Shown here in pieces: positions 12,001 through 27,000 of a DNA stretch of 64,000 bases. Within the stretch, counting starts at the first letter, position 1. Every line of letters starts with the position of its first letter. Both the position numbers and the translations under genes were made by a program. Location of the stretch: NCBI GenBank assembly GCA_047495785.1, contig JBLDXI010000050.1:434001-498000 (forward strand), given 5' to 3'. Source of the stretch: Lepidodermella squamata. Taxonomy: Eukaryota; Animalia; Gastrotricha. The notes beneath the pieces were generated by a model. That model was not told where the DNA came from, ran no database searches, and saw only the letters and a program-made list of their open reading frames with translations.

Positions 12001-15000
12001 TGAGTGAATGGAGAATGCCTCGCCGACAGAACGCGTCGTGTCTGTTCATTGTGGTAGATGTCACAGAAATTTCAGGAAAATCATTGCTCGGGTGCGAAAC
12101 GATAATGCCTCGCCGACAGAACGCGTTGTGCCTGCTCATTGTGGTAGCTGTCACAGAAATGTCAGAAAATTCATTTCTCGGGTGCGAAACGATAATGCAT
12201 GGCAGACAGAACGCGTCGTGTCAGTTCATTGTGGTAGCTCTCACAGAAATTTCAGGAAATTCATTGCTCGGGTGCGAAACGATAATGCCTGGCAGACAAA
12301 AGGCGCCGTGTCCGATCATTGTGGTAGCTGTCACAGAAATGTCAGAAAATTCATTTCTCGGGTGCGAAACGATAATGCCTGGCAGACAAAAGGCGCCGTG
12401 TCCGATCATTGTGGTAGCTCTCACAGAAATTTCAGGAAATTCATTGCTCGGGTGCGAAACAATAATGCCTGGCAGACAAAATGCGCCGTGTCCGATCATT
12501 GTGGTAGCTCTCACAGAAATTTCAGAAAATTCATTGCCCTTGAGTGAATGGAGAATGCCTCGCCGACAGAACGCGTCGTGTCTGTTCATTGTGGTAGATG
12601 TCACAGAAATGTCAGAAAATTCATTTCTCGGGTGCGAAACGATAATGCATGGCAGACAAAAGGCGCCGTGTCCGATCATTGTGGTAGCTGTCACAGAAAT
12701 GTCAGAAAATTCATTTCTCGGGTGCGAAACGATAATGCATGGCAGACGGAACGCTTCGTGTCAGTTCATTGTGGTAGCCATCACAGGAATTTCAGGAAAT
12801 TCATTGCTCGGGTGCGAAACGATAATGCATGGCAGACGGATCGCTTCGTGTCAGTTCATTGTGGTAGCTCTCACAGAAATTTCAGAAAATTCATTGCCCT
12901 TGAGTGAATGGAGAATGCCTCGCCGACAGAACGCGTCGTGTCTGTTCATTGTGGTAGATGTCACAGAAATTTCAGGAAATTCATTGCTCGGGTGCGAAAC
13001 GATAATGCCTGGCAGACAAAACGCGCCGTGTCCGATCATTGTGGTAGCTCTCACAGAAATTTCAGAAAATTCATTGCCCCTGAGTGAATGGAGAATGCCT
13101 CGCCGACAGAACGCGTCGTGTCTGTTCATTGTGGTAGATGTCACAGAAATTTCAGGAAAATCATTGCTCGGGTGCGAAACGATAATGCCTCGCCGACAGA
13201 ACGCGTTGTGCCTGCTCATTGTGGTAGCTGTCACAGAAATGTCAGAAAATTCATTTCTCGGGTGCGAAACGATAATGCATGGCAGACAGAACGCGTCGTG
13301 TCAGTTCATTGTGGTAGCTCTCACAGAAATTTCAGGAAATTCATTGCTCGGGTGCGAAACGATAATGCCTGGCAGACAAAAGGCGCCGTGTCCGATCATT
13401 GTGGTAGCTGTCACAGAAATGTCAGAAAATTCATTTCTCGGGTGCGAAACGATAATGCCTGGCAGACAGAACGCGTCGTGTCAGTTCATTGTGGTAGCTC
13501 TCACAGAAATTTCAGGAAATTCATTGCTCGGGTGCGAAACGATAATGCCTGGCAGACAAAACGCGCCGTGTCCGATCATTGTGGTAGCTCTCACAGAAAT
13601 TTCAGAAAATGCATTGCCCTTGAGTGAATGGAGAATGCCTCGCCGACAGAACGCGTCGTGTCTGTTCATTGTGGTAGATGTCACAGAAATTTCAGGAAAT
13701 TCATTGCTCGGGTGCGAAACGATAATGCCTGGCAGACAAAAGGCGCCGTGTCTGTTCATTGTGGTAGATGTCACAGAAATGTCAGAAAATTCATTTCTCG
13801 GGTGCGAAACGATAATGCATGGCAGACAAAAGGCGCCGTGTCCGATCATTGTGGTAGCTGTCACAGAAATGTCAGAAAATTCATTTCTCGGGTGCGAAAC
13901 GATAATGCATGGCAGACGGAACGCTTCGTGTCAGTTCATTGTGGTAGCCATCACAGGAATTTCAGGAAATTCATTGCTCGGGTGCGAAACGATAATGCCT
14001 CGCCGACAGAACGCGTAGTCCCTGCTCATTGTTGTAGATGTCACAGAAATGTCAGAAAATTCATTTCTCGGGTGCGAAACGATAATGCCTGGCAGACAAA
14101 ACGCGCCGTGTCCGATCATTGTGGTAGCTCTCACAGAAATTTCAGAAAATTCATTGCTCGGGTGCGAAACGATAATGCCTGGCAGACAAAGGCGCCGTGT
14201 CCGATCATTGTGGTAGCTCTCACAGAAATTTCAGGAAATTCATTGCTCGGGTGCGAAACGATAATGCCTGGCAGACAAAACGCGCCGTGTCCGATCATTG
14301 TGGTAGCTCTCACAGAAATTTCAGAAAATTCATTGCTCGGGTGCGAAACAATAATGCATGGCAGACGGAACGCGTCGTGTCCCATCATTGTGGTAGCTCT
14401 CACAGAAATTTCAGAAAATGCATTGCCCTTGAGTGAATGGAGAATGCCTCGCCGACAGAACGCGTCGTGTCTGTTCATTGTGGTAGATGTCACAGAAATG
14501 TCAGAAAATTCATTTCTCGGGTGCGAAACGATAATGCATGGCAGACAAAAGGCGCCGTGTCCGATCATTGTGGTAGCTGTCACAGAAATGTCAGAAAATT
14601 CATTTCCCGGGTGCGAAACGATAATGCATGGCAGACGGAACGCTTCGTGTCAGTTCATTGTGGTAGCCATCACAGGAATTTCAGGAAATTCATTGCTCGG
14701 GGGCGAAACGATAATGCCTCGCCGACAGAACGCGTAGTCCCTGCTCATTGTTGTAGATGTCACAGAAATGTCAGAAAATTCATTTCTCGGGTGCGAAACG
14801 ATAATGCCTGGCAGACAAAACGCGCCGTGTCCGATCATTGTGGTAGCTCTCACAGAAATTTCAGAAAATTCATTGCCCTTGAGTGAATGGAGAATGCCTC
14901 GCCGACAGAACGCGTCGTGTCTGTTCATTGTGGTAGATGTCACAGAAATGTCAGAAAATTCATTTCTCGGGTGCGAAACAATAATGCATGGCAGACGGAA

Positions 15001-18000
15001 CGCGTCGTGTCCCATCATTGTGGTAGCTCTCACAGAAATTTCAGAAAATGCATTGCCCTTGAGTGAATGGAGAATGCCTCGCCGACAGAACGCGTCGTGT
15101 CTGTTCATTGTGGTAGATGTCACAGAAATTTCAGGAAATTCATTGCTCGGGTGCGAAACGATAATGCCTGGCAGACAAAAGGCGCCGTGTCCGATCATTG
15201 TGGTAGCTGTCACAGAAATGTCAGAAAATTCATTTCTCGGGTGCGAAACGATAATGCATGGCAGACGGAACGCTTCGTGTCAGTTCATTGTGGTAGCCAT
15301 CACAGAAATGTCAGGAAATTCATTGCTCGGGTGCGAAACGATAATGCCTGGCAGACAAAAGGCGCCGTGTCCGATCATTGTGGTAGCTGTCACAGAAATG
15401 TCAGAAAATTCATTTCTCGGGTGCGAAACGATAATGCATGGCAGACGGAACGCGTCGTGTCTGTTTATTGTGGTTGCCATCACAGGAATTTCAGGAAATT
15501 CATTGCTCGGGTGCGAAACGATAATGCCTCGCCGACAGAACGCGTTGTGCCTGCTCATTGTGGTAGCTGTCACAGAAATGTCAGAAAATTCATTTCTCGG
15601 GTGCGAAACGATAATGCATGGCAGACGGATCGCTTCGTGTCAGTTCATTGTGGTAGCCATCACAGGAATTTCAGGAAATTCATTGCTCGGGTGCGAAACG
15701 ATAATGCCTCGCCGACAGAACGCGTTGTCCCTGCTCATTGTTGTAGATGTCACAGAAATGTCAGAAAATTCATTTCTCGGGTGCGAAACGATAATGCCTG
15801 GCAGACAAAACGCGCCGTGTCCGATCATTGTGGTAGCTCTCACGAAATTTCAGAAAATTCATTGCCCTTGAGTGAATGGAGAATGCCTCGCCGACAGAAC
15901 GCGTCGTGTCTGTTCATTGTGGTAGATGTCACAGAAATGTCAGAAAATTCATTTCTCGGGTGCGAAACAATAATGCATGGCAGACGGAACGCGTCGTGTC
16001 AGTTCATTGTGGTAGCCATCACAGAAATGTCAGGAAATTCATTGCTCGGGTGCGAAACGATAATGCCTGGCAGACAAAAGGCGCCGTGTCCGATCATTGT
16101 TGTAGCTGTCACAGAAATGTCAGAAAATTCATTTCTCGGGTGCGAAACGATAATGCATGGCAGACGGAACGCTTCGTGTCAGTTCATTGTGGTAGCCATC
16201 ACAGGAATTTCAGGAAATTCATTTCTCGGGTGCGAAACGATAATGCATGGCAGACAGAACGCGTCGTGTCAGTTCATTGTGGTAGCTCTCACAGAAATTT
16301 CAGGAAATTCATTGCTCGGGTGCGAAACGATAATGCCTGGCAGACAAAACGCGCCGTGTCCGATCATTGTGGTAGCTCTCACAGAAATTTCAGAAAATTC
16401 ATTGCCCTTGAGTGAATGGAGAATGCCTCGCCGACAGAACGCGTCGTGTCTGTTCATTGTGGTAGATGTCACAGAAATTTCAGGAAATTCATTGCTCGGG
16501 TGCGAAACGATAATGCCTGGCAGACAAAAGGCGCCGTGTCCGATCATTGTGGTAGCTGTCACAGAAATGTCAGAAAATTCATTTCTCGGGTGCGAAACGA
16601 TAATGCATGGCAGACGGAACGCTTCGTGTCAGTTCATTGTGGTAGCCATCACAGGAATTTCAGGAAATTCATTGCTCGGGTGCGAAACGATAATGCCTCG
16701 CCGACAGAACGCGTTGTCCCTGCTCATTGTGGTAGCTGTCACAGAAATGTCAGAAAATTCATTTCTCGGGTGCGAAACGATAATGCATGGCAGACGGAAC
16801 GCTTCGTGTCAGTTCATTGTGGTAGCCATCACAGGAATTTCAGGAAATTCATTGCTCGGGTGCGAAACGATAATGCCTCGCCGACAGAACGCGTTGTCCC
16901 TGCTCATTGTGGTAGATGTCACAGAAATTTCAGAAAATGCATTGCCCTTGAGTGAATGGAGAATGCCTCGCCGACAGAACGCGTCGTGTCTGTTCATTGT
17001 GGTAGATGTCACAGAAATGTCAGAAAATTCATTTCTCGGGTGCGAAACGATAATGCATGGCAGACAAAAGGCGCCGTGTCCGATCATTGTGGTAGCTGTC
17101 ACAGAAATGTCAGAAAATTCATTTCTCGGGTGCGAAACGATAATGCATGGCAGACGGAACGCTTCGTGTCAGTTCATTGTGGTAGCCATCACAGGAATTT
17201 CAGGAAATTCATTGCTCGGGTGCGAAACGATAATGCCTCGCCGACAGAACGCGTAGTCCCTGCTCATTGTTGTAGATGTCACAGAAATGTCAGAAAATTC
17301 ATTTCTCGGGTGCGAAACGATAATGCCTGGCAGACAAAACGCGCCGTGTCCGATCATTGTGGTAGCTCTCACAGAAATTTCAGAAAATTCATTGCCCTTG
17401 AGTGAATGGAGAATGCCTCGCCGACAGAACGCGTCGTGTCTGTTCATTGTGGTAGCTCTCACAGAAATTTCAGGAAATTCATTGCTCGGGTGCGAAACGA
17501 TAATGCCTGGCAGACAAAACGCGCCGTGTCCGATCATTGTGGTAGCTCTCACAGAAATTTCAGAAAATTCATTGCCCTTGAGTGAATGGAGAATGCCTCG
17601 CCGACAGAACGCGTCGTGTCTGTTCATTGTGGTAGATGTCACAGAAATTTCAGGAAATTCATTGCTCGGGTGCGAAACGATAATGCCTGGCAGACAAAAG
17701 GCGCCGTGTCCGATCATTGTGGTAGCTGTCACAGAAATGTCAGAAAATTCATTTCTCGGGTGCGAAACGATAATGCATGGCAGACGGAACGCTTCGTGTC
17801 AGTTCATTGTGGTAGCCATCACAGGAATTTCAGGAAATTCATTGCTCGGGTGCGAAACGATAATGCCTCGCCGACAGAACGCGTTGTCCCTGCTCATTGT
17901 GGTAGCTGTCACAGAAATGTCAGAAAATTCATTTCTCGGGTGCGAAACGATAATGCATGGCAGACGGAACGCTTCGTGTCAGTTCATTGTGGTAGCCATC

Positions 18001-21000
18001 ACAGGAATTTCAGGAAATTCATTGCTCGGGTGCGAAACGATAATGCCTCGCCGACAGAACGCGTTGTCCCTGCTCATTGTGGTAGATGTCACAGAAATTT
18101 CAGAAAATGCATTGCCCTTGAGTGAATGGAGAATGCCTCGCCGACAGAACGCGTCGTGTCTGTTCATTGTGGTAGATGTCACAGAAATGTCAGAAAATTC
18201 ATTTCTCGGGTGCGAAACGATAATGCATGGCAGACAAAAGGCGCCGTGTCCGATCATTGTGGTAGCTGTCACAGAAATGTCAGAAAATTCATTTCTCGGG
18301 TGCGAAACGATAATGCATGGCAGACGGAACGCTTCGTGTCAGTTCATTGTGGTAGCCATCACAGGAATTTCAGGAAATTCATTGCTCGGGTGCGAAACGA
18401 TAATGCCTCGCCGACAGAACGCGTAGTCCCTGCTCATTGTTGTAGATGTCACAGAAATGTCAGAAAATTCATTTCTCGGGTGCGAAACGATAATGCCTGG
18501 CAGACAAAACGCGCCGTGTCCGATCATTGTGGTAGCTCTCACAGAAATTTCAGAAAATTCATTGCCCTTGAGTGAATGGAGAATGCCTCGCCGACAGAAC
18601 GCGTCGTGTCTGTTCATTGTGGTAGATGTCACAGAAATGTCAGAAAATTCATTTCTCGGGTGCGAAACAATAATGCATGGCAGACGGAACGCGTCGTGTC
18701 CCATCATTGTGGTAGCTCTCACAGAAATTTCAGAAAATGCATTGCCCTTGAGTGAATGGAGAATGCCTCGCCGACAGAACGCGTCGTGTCTGTTCATTGT
18801 GGTAGATGTCACAGAAATTTCAGGAAATTCATTGCTCGGGTGCGAAACGATAATGCCTCGCAGACAAAAGGCGCCGTGTCCGATCATTGTGGTAGCTGTC
18901 ACAGAAATGTCAGAAAATTCATTTCTCGGGTGCGAAACGATAATGCATGGCAGACGGAACGCTTCGTGTCAGTTCATTGTGGTAGCCATCACAGAAATGT
19001 CAGGAAATTCATTGCTCGGGTGCGAAACGATAATGCCTGGCAGACAAAAGGCGCCGTGTCCGATCATTGTGGTAGCTGTCACAGAAATGTCAGAAAATTC
19101 ATTTCTCGGGTGCGAAACGATAATGCATGGCAGACGGAACGCGTCGTGTCTGTTTATTGTGGTTGCCATCACAGGAATTTCAGGAAATTCATTGCTCGGG
19201 TGCGAAACGATAATGCCTCGCCGACAGAACGCGTTGTGCCTGCTCATTGTGGTAGCTGTCACAGAAATGTCAGAAAATTCATTTCTCGGGTGCGAAACGA
19301 TAATGCATGGCAGACGGATCGCTTCGTGTCAGTTCATTGTGGTAGCCATCACAGGAATTTCAGGAAATTCATTGCTCGGGTGCGAAACGATAATGCCTCG
19401 CCGACAGAACGCGTTGTCCCTGCTCATTGTTGTAGATGTCACAGAAATGTCAGAAAATTCATTTCTCGGGTGCGAAACGATAATGCCTGGCAGACAAAAC
19501 GCGCCGTGTCCGATCATTGTGGTAGCTCTCACGAAATTTCAGAAAATTCATTGCCCTTGAGTGAATGGAGAATGCCTCGCCGACAGAACGCGTCGTGTCT
19601 GTTCATTGTGGTAGATGTCACAGAAATGTCAGAAAATTCATTTCTCGGGTGCGAAACAATAATGCATGGCAGACGGAACGCGTCGTGTCAGTTCATTGTG
19701 GTAGCCATCACAGAAATGTCAGGAAATTCATTGCTCGGGTGCGAAACGATAATGCCTGGCAGACAAAAGGCGCCGTGTCCGATCATTGTTGTAGCTGTCA
19801 CAGAAATGTCAGAAAATTCATTTCTCGGGTGCGAAACGATAATGCATGGCAGACGGAACGCTTCGTGTCAGTTCATTGTGGTAGCCATCACAGGAATTTC
19901 AGGAAATTCATTTCTCGGGTGCGAAACGATAATGCATGGCAGACAGAACGCGTCGTGTCAGTTCATTGTGGTAGCTCTCACAGAAATTTCAGAAAATTCA
20001 TTTCTCGGGTGCGAAACAATAATGCATGGCAGACGGAACGCGTCGTGTCCCATCATTGTGGTAGCTCTCACAGAAATTTCAGAAAATGCATTGCCCTTGA
20101 GTGAATGGAGAATGCCTCGCCGACAGAACGCGTCGTGTCTGTTCATTGTGGTAGATGTCACAGAAATTTCAGGAAATTCATTGCTCGGGTGCGAAACGAT
20201 AATGCCTCGCAGACAAAAGGCGCCGTGTCCGATCATTGTGGTAGCTGTCACAGAAATGTCAGAAAATTCATTTCTCGGGTGCGAAACGATAATGCATGGC
20301 AGACGGAACGCTTCGTGTCAGTTCATTGTGGTAGCCATCACAGAAATGTCAGGAAATTCATTGCTCGGGTGCGAAACGATAATGCCTGGCAGACAAAAGG
20401 CGCCGTGTCCGATCATTGTGGTAGCTGTCACAGAAATGTCAGAAAATTCATTTCTCGGGTGCGAAACGATAATGCATGGCAGACGGAACGCGTCGTGTCT
20501 GTTTATTGTGGTTGCCATCACAGGAATTTCAGGAAATTCATTGCTCGGGTGCGAAACGATAATGCCTCGCCGACAGAACGCGTTGTGCCTGCTCATTGTG
20601 GTAGCTGTCACAGAAATGTCAGAAAATTCATTTCTCGGGTGCGAAACGATAATGCATGGCAGACGGATCGCTTCGTGTCAGTTCATTGTGGTAGCCATCA
20701 CAGAAATGTCAGAAAATTCATTTCTCGGGTGCGAAACGATAATGCCTGGCAGACAAAACGCGCCGTGTCCGATCATTGTGGTAGCTCTCACGAAATTTCA
20801 GAAAATTCATTGCCCTTGAGTGAATGGAGAATGCCTCGCCGACAGAACGCGTCGTGTCTGTTCATTGTGGTAGATGTCACAGAAATGTCAGGAAATTCAT
20901 TTCTCGGGTGCGAAACAATAATGCATGGCAGACGGAACGCGTCGTGTCCGATCATTGTTGTAGCTGTCACAGAAATGTCAGAAAATTCATTTCTCGGGTG

Positions 21001-24000
21001 CGAAACGATAATGCATGGCAGACGGAACGCTTCGTGTCAGTTCATTGTGGTAGCCATCACAGGAATTTCAGGAAATTCATTTCTCGGGTGCGAAACGATA
21101 ATGCATGGCAGACAGAACGCGTCGTGTCAGTTCATTGTGGTAGCTCTCACAGAAATTTCAGGAAATTCATTGCTCGGGTGCGAAACGATAATGCCTGGCA
21201 GACAAAACGCGCCGTGTCCGATCATTGTGGTAGCTCTCACAGAAATTTCAGAAAATTCATTGCCCTTGAGTGAATGGAGAATGCCTCGCCGACAGAACGC
21301 GTCGTGTCTGTTCATTGTGGTAGATGTCACAGAAATTTCAGGAAATTCATTGCTCGGGTGCGAAACGATAATGCCTGGCAGACAAAAGGCGCCGTGTCCG
21401 ATCATTGTGGTAGCTGTCACAGAAATGTCAGAAAATTCATTTCTCGGGTGCGAAACGATAATGCATGGCAGACGGAACGCTTCGTGTCAGTTCATTGTGG
21501 TAGCCATCACAGGAATTTCAGGAAATTCATTGCTCGGGTGCGAAACGATAATGCCTGGCAGACAAAAGGCGCCGTGTCCGATCATTGTTGTAGCTGTCAC
21601 AGAAATGTCAGAAAATTCATTTCTCGGGTGCGAAACGATAATGCATGGCAGACGGAACGCTTCGTGTCAGTTCATTGTGGTAGCCATCACAGGAATTTCA
21701 GGAAATTCATTGCTCGGGTGCGAAACGATAATGCCTCGCCGACAGAACGCGTTGTCCCTGCTCATTGTGGTAGATGTCACAGAAATGTCAGAAAATTCAT
21801 TTCTCGGGTGCGAAACGATAATGCCTCGCCGACAGAACGCGTCGTGTCTGTTCATTGTGGTAGATGTCACAGAAATTTCAGGAAATTCATTGCTCGGGTG
21901 CGAAACGATAATGCCTGGCAGACAAAAGGCGCCGTGTCCGATCATTGTGGTAGCTGTCACAGAAATGTCAGAAAATTCATTTCTCGGGTGCGAAACGATA
22001 ATGCATGGCAGACAGAACGCGTCGTGTCAGTTCATTGTGGTAGCTGTCACAGAAATGTCAGAAAATTCATTGCTCGGGTGCGAAACGATAATGCCTGGCA
22101 GACAAAACGCGCCGTGTCAGCTCATTGTGGTAGCTCTCACAGAAATCTCAGGAAATTCATTGCTGGGTTGCGAAACGATAATGCCTCGCCGACAGAACGC
22201 GTTGTGCCTGCTCATTGTGGTAGCTGTCACAGCAATGTCAGAAAATTCATTGCTCGGGTGCGAAACGATAATGCCTCGCCGACAGAACGCGTTGTCCCTG
22301 CTCATTGTTGTAGATGTCACAGAAATGTCAGAAAATTCATTTCTCGGGTGCGAAACGATAATGCCTGGCAGACAAAACGCGCCGTGTCCGATCATTGTGG
22401 TAGCTCTCACGAAATTTCAGAAAATTCATTGCCCTTGAGTGAATGGAGAATGCCTCGCCGACAGAACGCGTCGTGTCTGTTCATTGTGGTAGATGTCACA
22501 GAAATGTCAGAAAATTCATTTCTCGGGTGCGAAACAATAATGCATGGCAGACGGAACGCGTCGTGTCCCATCATTGTGGTAGCTCTCACAGAAATTTCAG
22601 AAAATGCATTGCCCTTGAGTGAATGGAGAATGCCTCGCCGACAGAACGCGTCGTATCTGTTCATTGTGGTAGCCATCACAGAAATGTCAGGAAATTCATT
22701 GCTCGGGTGCGAAACGATAATGCCTGGCAGACAAAAGGCGCCGTGTCCGATCATTGTGGTAGCTGTCACAGAAATGTCAGAAAATTCATTTCTCGGGTGC
22801 GAAACGATAATGCATGGCAGACGGAACGCTTCGTGTCAGTTCATTGTGGTAGCCATCACAGAAATGTCAGAAAATTCATTTCTCGGGTGCGAAACGATAA
22901 TGCATGGCAGACGGAACGCTTCGTGTCAGTTCATTGTGGTAGCCATCACAGGAATTTCAGGAAATTCATTTCTCGGGTGCGAAACGATAATGCATGGCAG
23001 ACAGAACGCGTCGTGTCAGTTCATTGTGGTAGCTCTCACAGAAATTTCAGGAAATTCATTGCTCGGGTGCGAAACGATAATGCCTGGCAGACAAAACGCG
23101 CCGTGTCCGATCATTGTGGTAGCTCTCACAGAAATTTCAGAAAATTCATTGCCCTTGAGTGAATGGAGAATGCCTCGCCGACAGAACGCGTTGTGCCTGC
23201 TCATTGTGGTAGCTGTCACAGAAATGTCAGAAAATTCATTTCTCGGGTGCGAAACGATAATGCATGGCAGACGGATCGCTTCGTGTCAGTTCATTGTGGT
23301 AGCCATCACAGGAATTTCAGGAAATTCATTGCTCGGGTGCGAAACGATAATGCCTCGCCGACAGAACGCGTTGTCCCTGCTCATTGTTGTAGATGTCACA
23401 GAAATGTCAGAAAATTCATTTCTCGGGTGCGAAACGATAATGCCTGGCAGACAAAACGCGCCGTGTCCGATCATTGTGGTAGCTCTCACGAAATTTCAGA
23501 AAATTCATTGCCCTTGAGTGAATGGAGAATGCCTCGCCGACAGAACGCGTCGTGTCTGTTCATTGTGGTAGATGTCACAGAAATGTCAGAAAATTCATTT
23601 CTCGGGTGCGAAACAATAATGCATGGCAGACGGAACGCGTCGTGTCAGTTCATTGTGGTAGCCATCACAGAAATGTCAGGAAATTCATTGCTCGGGTGCG
23701 AAACGATAATGCCTGGCAGACAAAAGGCGCCGTGTCCGATCATTGTTGTAGCTGTCACAGAAATGTCAGAAAATTCATTTCTCGGGTGCGAAACGATAAT
23801 GCATGGCAGACGGAACGCTTCGTGTCAGTTCATTGTGGTAGCCATCACAGGAATTTCAGGAAATTCATTTCTCGGGTGCGAAACGATAATGCATGGCAGA
23901 CAGAACGCGTCGTGTCAGTTCATTGTGGTAGCTCTCACAGAAATTTCAGGAAATTCATTGCTCGGGTGCGAAACGATAATGCCTGGCAGACAAAACGCGC

Positions 24001-27000
24001 CGTGTCCGATCATTGTGGTAGCTCTCACAGAAATTTCAGAAAATTCATTGCCCTTGAGTGAATGGAGAATGCCTCGCCGACAGAACGCGTCGTGTCTGTT
24101 CATTGTGGTAGATGTCACAGAAATTTCAGGAAATTCATTGCTCGGGTGCGAAACGATAATGCCTGGCAGACAAAAGGCGCCGTGTCCGATCATTGTGGTA
24201 GCTGTCACAGAAATGTCAGAAAATTCATTTCTCGGGTGCGAAACGATAATGCATGGCAGACGGAACGCTTCGTGTCAGTTCATTGTGGTAGCCATCACAG
24301 GAATTTCAGGAAATTCATTGCTCGGGTGCGAAACGATAATGCCTCGCCGACAGAACGCGTTGTCCCTGCTCATTGTGGTAGCTGTCACAGAAATGTCAGA
24401 AAATTCATTTCTCGGGTGCGAAACGATAATGCATGGCAGACGGAACGCTTCGTGTCAGTTCATTGTGGTAGCCATCACAGGAATTTCAGGAAATTCATTG
24501 CTCGGGTGCGAAACGATAATGCCTCGCCGACAGAACGCGTTGTCCCTGCTCATTGTGGTAGATGTCACAGAAATGTCAGAAAATTCATTTCTCGGGTGCG
24601 AAACGATAATGCCTCGCCGACAGAACGCGTCGTGTCTGTTCATTGTGGTAGATGTCACAGAAATTTCAGGAAATTCATTGCTCGGGTGCGAAACGATAAT
24701 GCCTGGCAGACAAAAGGCGCCGTGTCCGATCATTGTGGTAGCTGTCACAGAAATGTCAGAAAATTCATTTCTCGGGTGCGAAACGATAATGCATGGCAGA
24801 CAGAACGCGTCGTGTCAGTTCATTGTGGTAGCTGTCACAGAAATGTCAGAAAATTCATTGCTCGGGTGCGAAACGATAATGCCTGGCAGACAAAACGCGC
24901 CGTGTCAGCTCATTGTGGTAGCTCTCACAGAAATCTAAGGAAATTCATTGCTGGGTTTTGAAACGATAATGCCTCGCCGACAGAACGCGTTGTGCCTGCT
25001 CATTGTGGTAGCTGTCACAGCAATGTCAGAAAATTCATTGCTCGGGTGCGAAACGATAATGCCTCGCCGACAGAACGCGTTGTCCCTGCTCATTGTTGTA
25101 GATGTCACAGAAATGTCAGAAAATTCATTTCTCGGGTGCGAAACGATAATGCCTGGCAGACAAAACGCGCCGTGTCCGATCATTGTGGTAGCTCTCACGA
25201 AATTTCAGAAAATTCATTGCCCTTGAGTGAATGGAGAATGCCTCGCCGACAGAACGCGTCGTGTCTGTTCATTGTGGTAGATGTCACAGAAATGTCAGAA
25301 AATTCATTTCTCGGGTGCGAAACAATAATGCATGGCAGACGGAACGCGTCGTGTCCCATCATTGTGGTAGCTCTCACAGAAATTTCAGAAAATGCATTGC
25401 CCTTGAGTGAATGGAGAATGCCTCGCCGACAGAACGCGTCGTATCTGTTCATTGTGGTAGCCATCACAGAAATGTCAGGAAATTCATTGCTCGGGTGCGA
25501 AACGATAATGCCTGGCAGACAAAAGGCGCCGTGTCCGATCATTGTGGTAGCTGTCACAGAAATGTCAGAAAATTCATTTCTCGGGTGCGAAACGATAATG
25601 CATGGCAGACGGAACGCTTCGTGTCAGTTCATTGTGGTAGCCATCACAGAAATGTCAGAAAATTCATTTCTCGGGTGCGAAACGATAATGCATGGCAGAC
25701 GGAACGCTTCGTGTCAGTTCATTGTGGTAGCCATCACAGGAATTTCAGGAAATTCATTTCTCGGGTGCGAAACGATAATGCATGGCAGACAGAACGCGTC
25801 GTGTCAGTTCATTGTGGTAGATGTCACAGAAATTTCAGGAAATTCATTGCTCGGGTGCGAAACGATAATGCCTGGCAGACAAAAGGCGCCGTGTCCGATC
25901 ATTGTGGTAGCTGTCACAGAAATGTCAGAAAATTCATTTCTCGGGTGCGAAACGATAATGCATGGCAGACGGAACGCTTCGTGTCAGTTCATTGTGGTAG
26001 CCATCTCAGGAATTTCAGGAAATTCATTGCTCGGGTGCGAAACGATAATGCCTCGCCGACAGAACGCGTTGTCCCTGCTCATTGTGGTAGCTGTCACAGA
26101 AATGTCAGAAAATTCATTTCTCGGGTGCGAAACGATAATGCATGGCAGACGGAACGCTTCGTGTCAGTTCATTGTGGTAGCCATCACAGAAATGTCAGGA
26201 AATTCATTGCTCGGGTGCGAAACGATAATGCCTCGCCGACAGAACGCGTTGTCCCTGCTCATTGTGGTAGATGTCACAGAAATGTCAGAAAATTCATTTC
26301 TCGGGTGCGAAACGATAATGCCTGGCAGACGGAACGCTTCGTGTCAGTTCATTGTGGTAGCCATCACAGGAATTTCAGGAAATTCATTGCTCGGGTGCGA
26401 AACGATAATGCCTCGCCGACAGAACGCGTTGTCCCTGCTCATTGTGGTAGATGTCACAGAAATGTCAGAAAATTCATTTCTCGGGTGCGAAACGATAATG
26501 CCTCGCCGACAGAACGCGTCGTGTCTGTTCATTGTGGTAGATGTCACAGAAATTTCAGGAAATTCATTGCTCGGGTGCGAAACGATAATGCCTGGCAGAC
26601 AAAAGGCGCCGTGTCCGATCATTGTGGTAGCTGTCACAGAAATGTCAGAAAATTCATTTCTCGGGTGCGAAACGATAATGCATGGCAGACAGAACGCGTC
26701 GTGTCAGTTCATTGTGGTAGCTGTCACAGAAATGTCAGAAAATTCATTGCTCGGGTGCGAAACGATAATGCCTGGCAGACAAAACGCGCCGTGTCAGCTC
26801 ATTGTGGTAGCTCTCACAGAAATCTAAGGAAATTCATTGCTGGGTTTTGAAACGATAATGCCTCGCCGACAGAACGCGTTGTGCCTGCTCATTGTGGTAG
26901 CTGTCACAGCAATGTCAGAAAATTCATTGCTCGGGTGCGAAACGATAATGCCTCGCCGACAGAACGCGTTGTCCCTGCTCATTGTGGTAGATGTCACAGA

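Noticed and set aside
11385-14018. Long ORFs (up to 877 aa) with 30-aa repeats across the satellite, on both strands
   Set aside because: The 90-bp period is a multiple of 3 and some frames lack stops by chance. Several frames are open at once, indels switch frames freely, and there is no gene structure.
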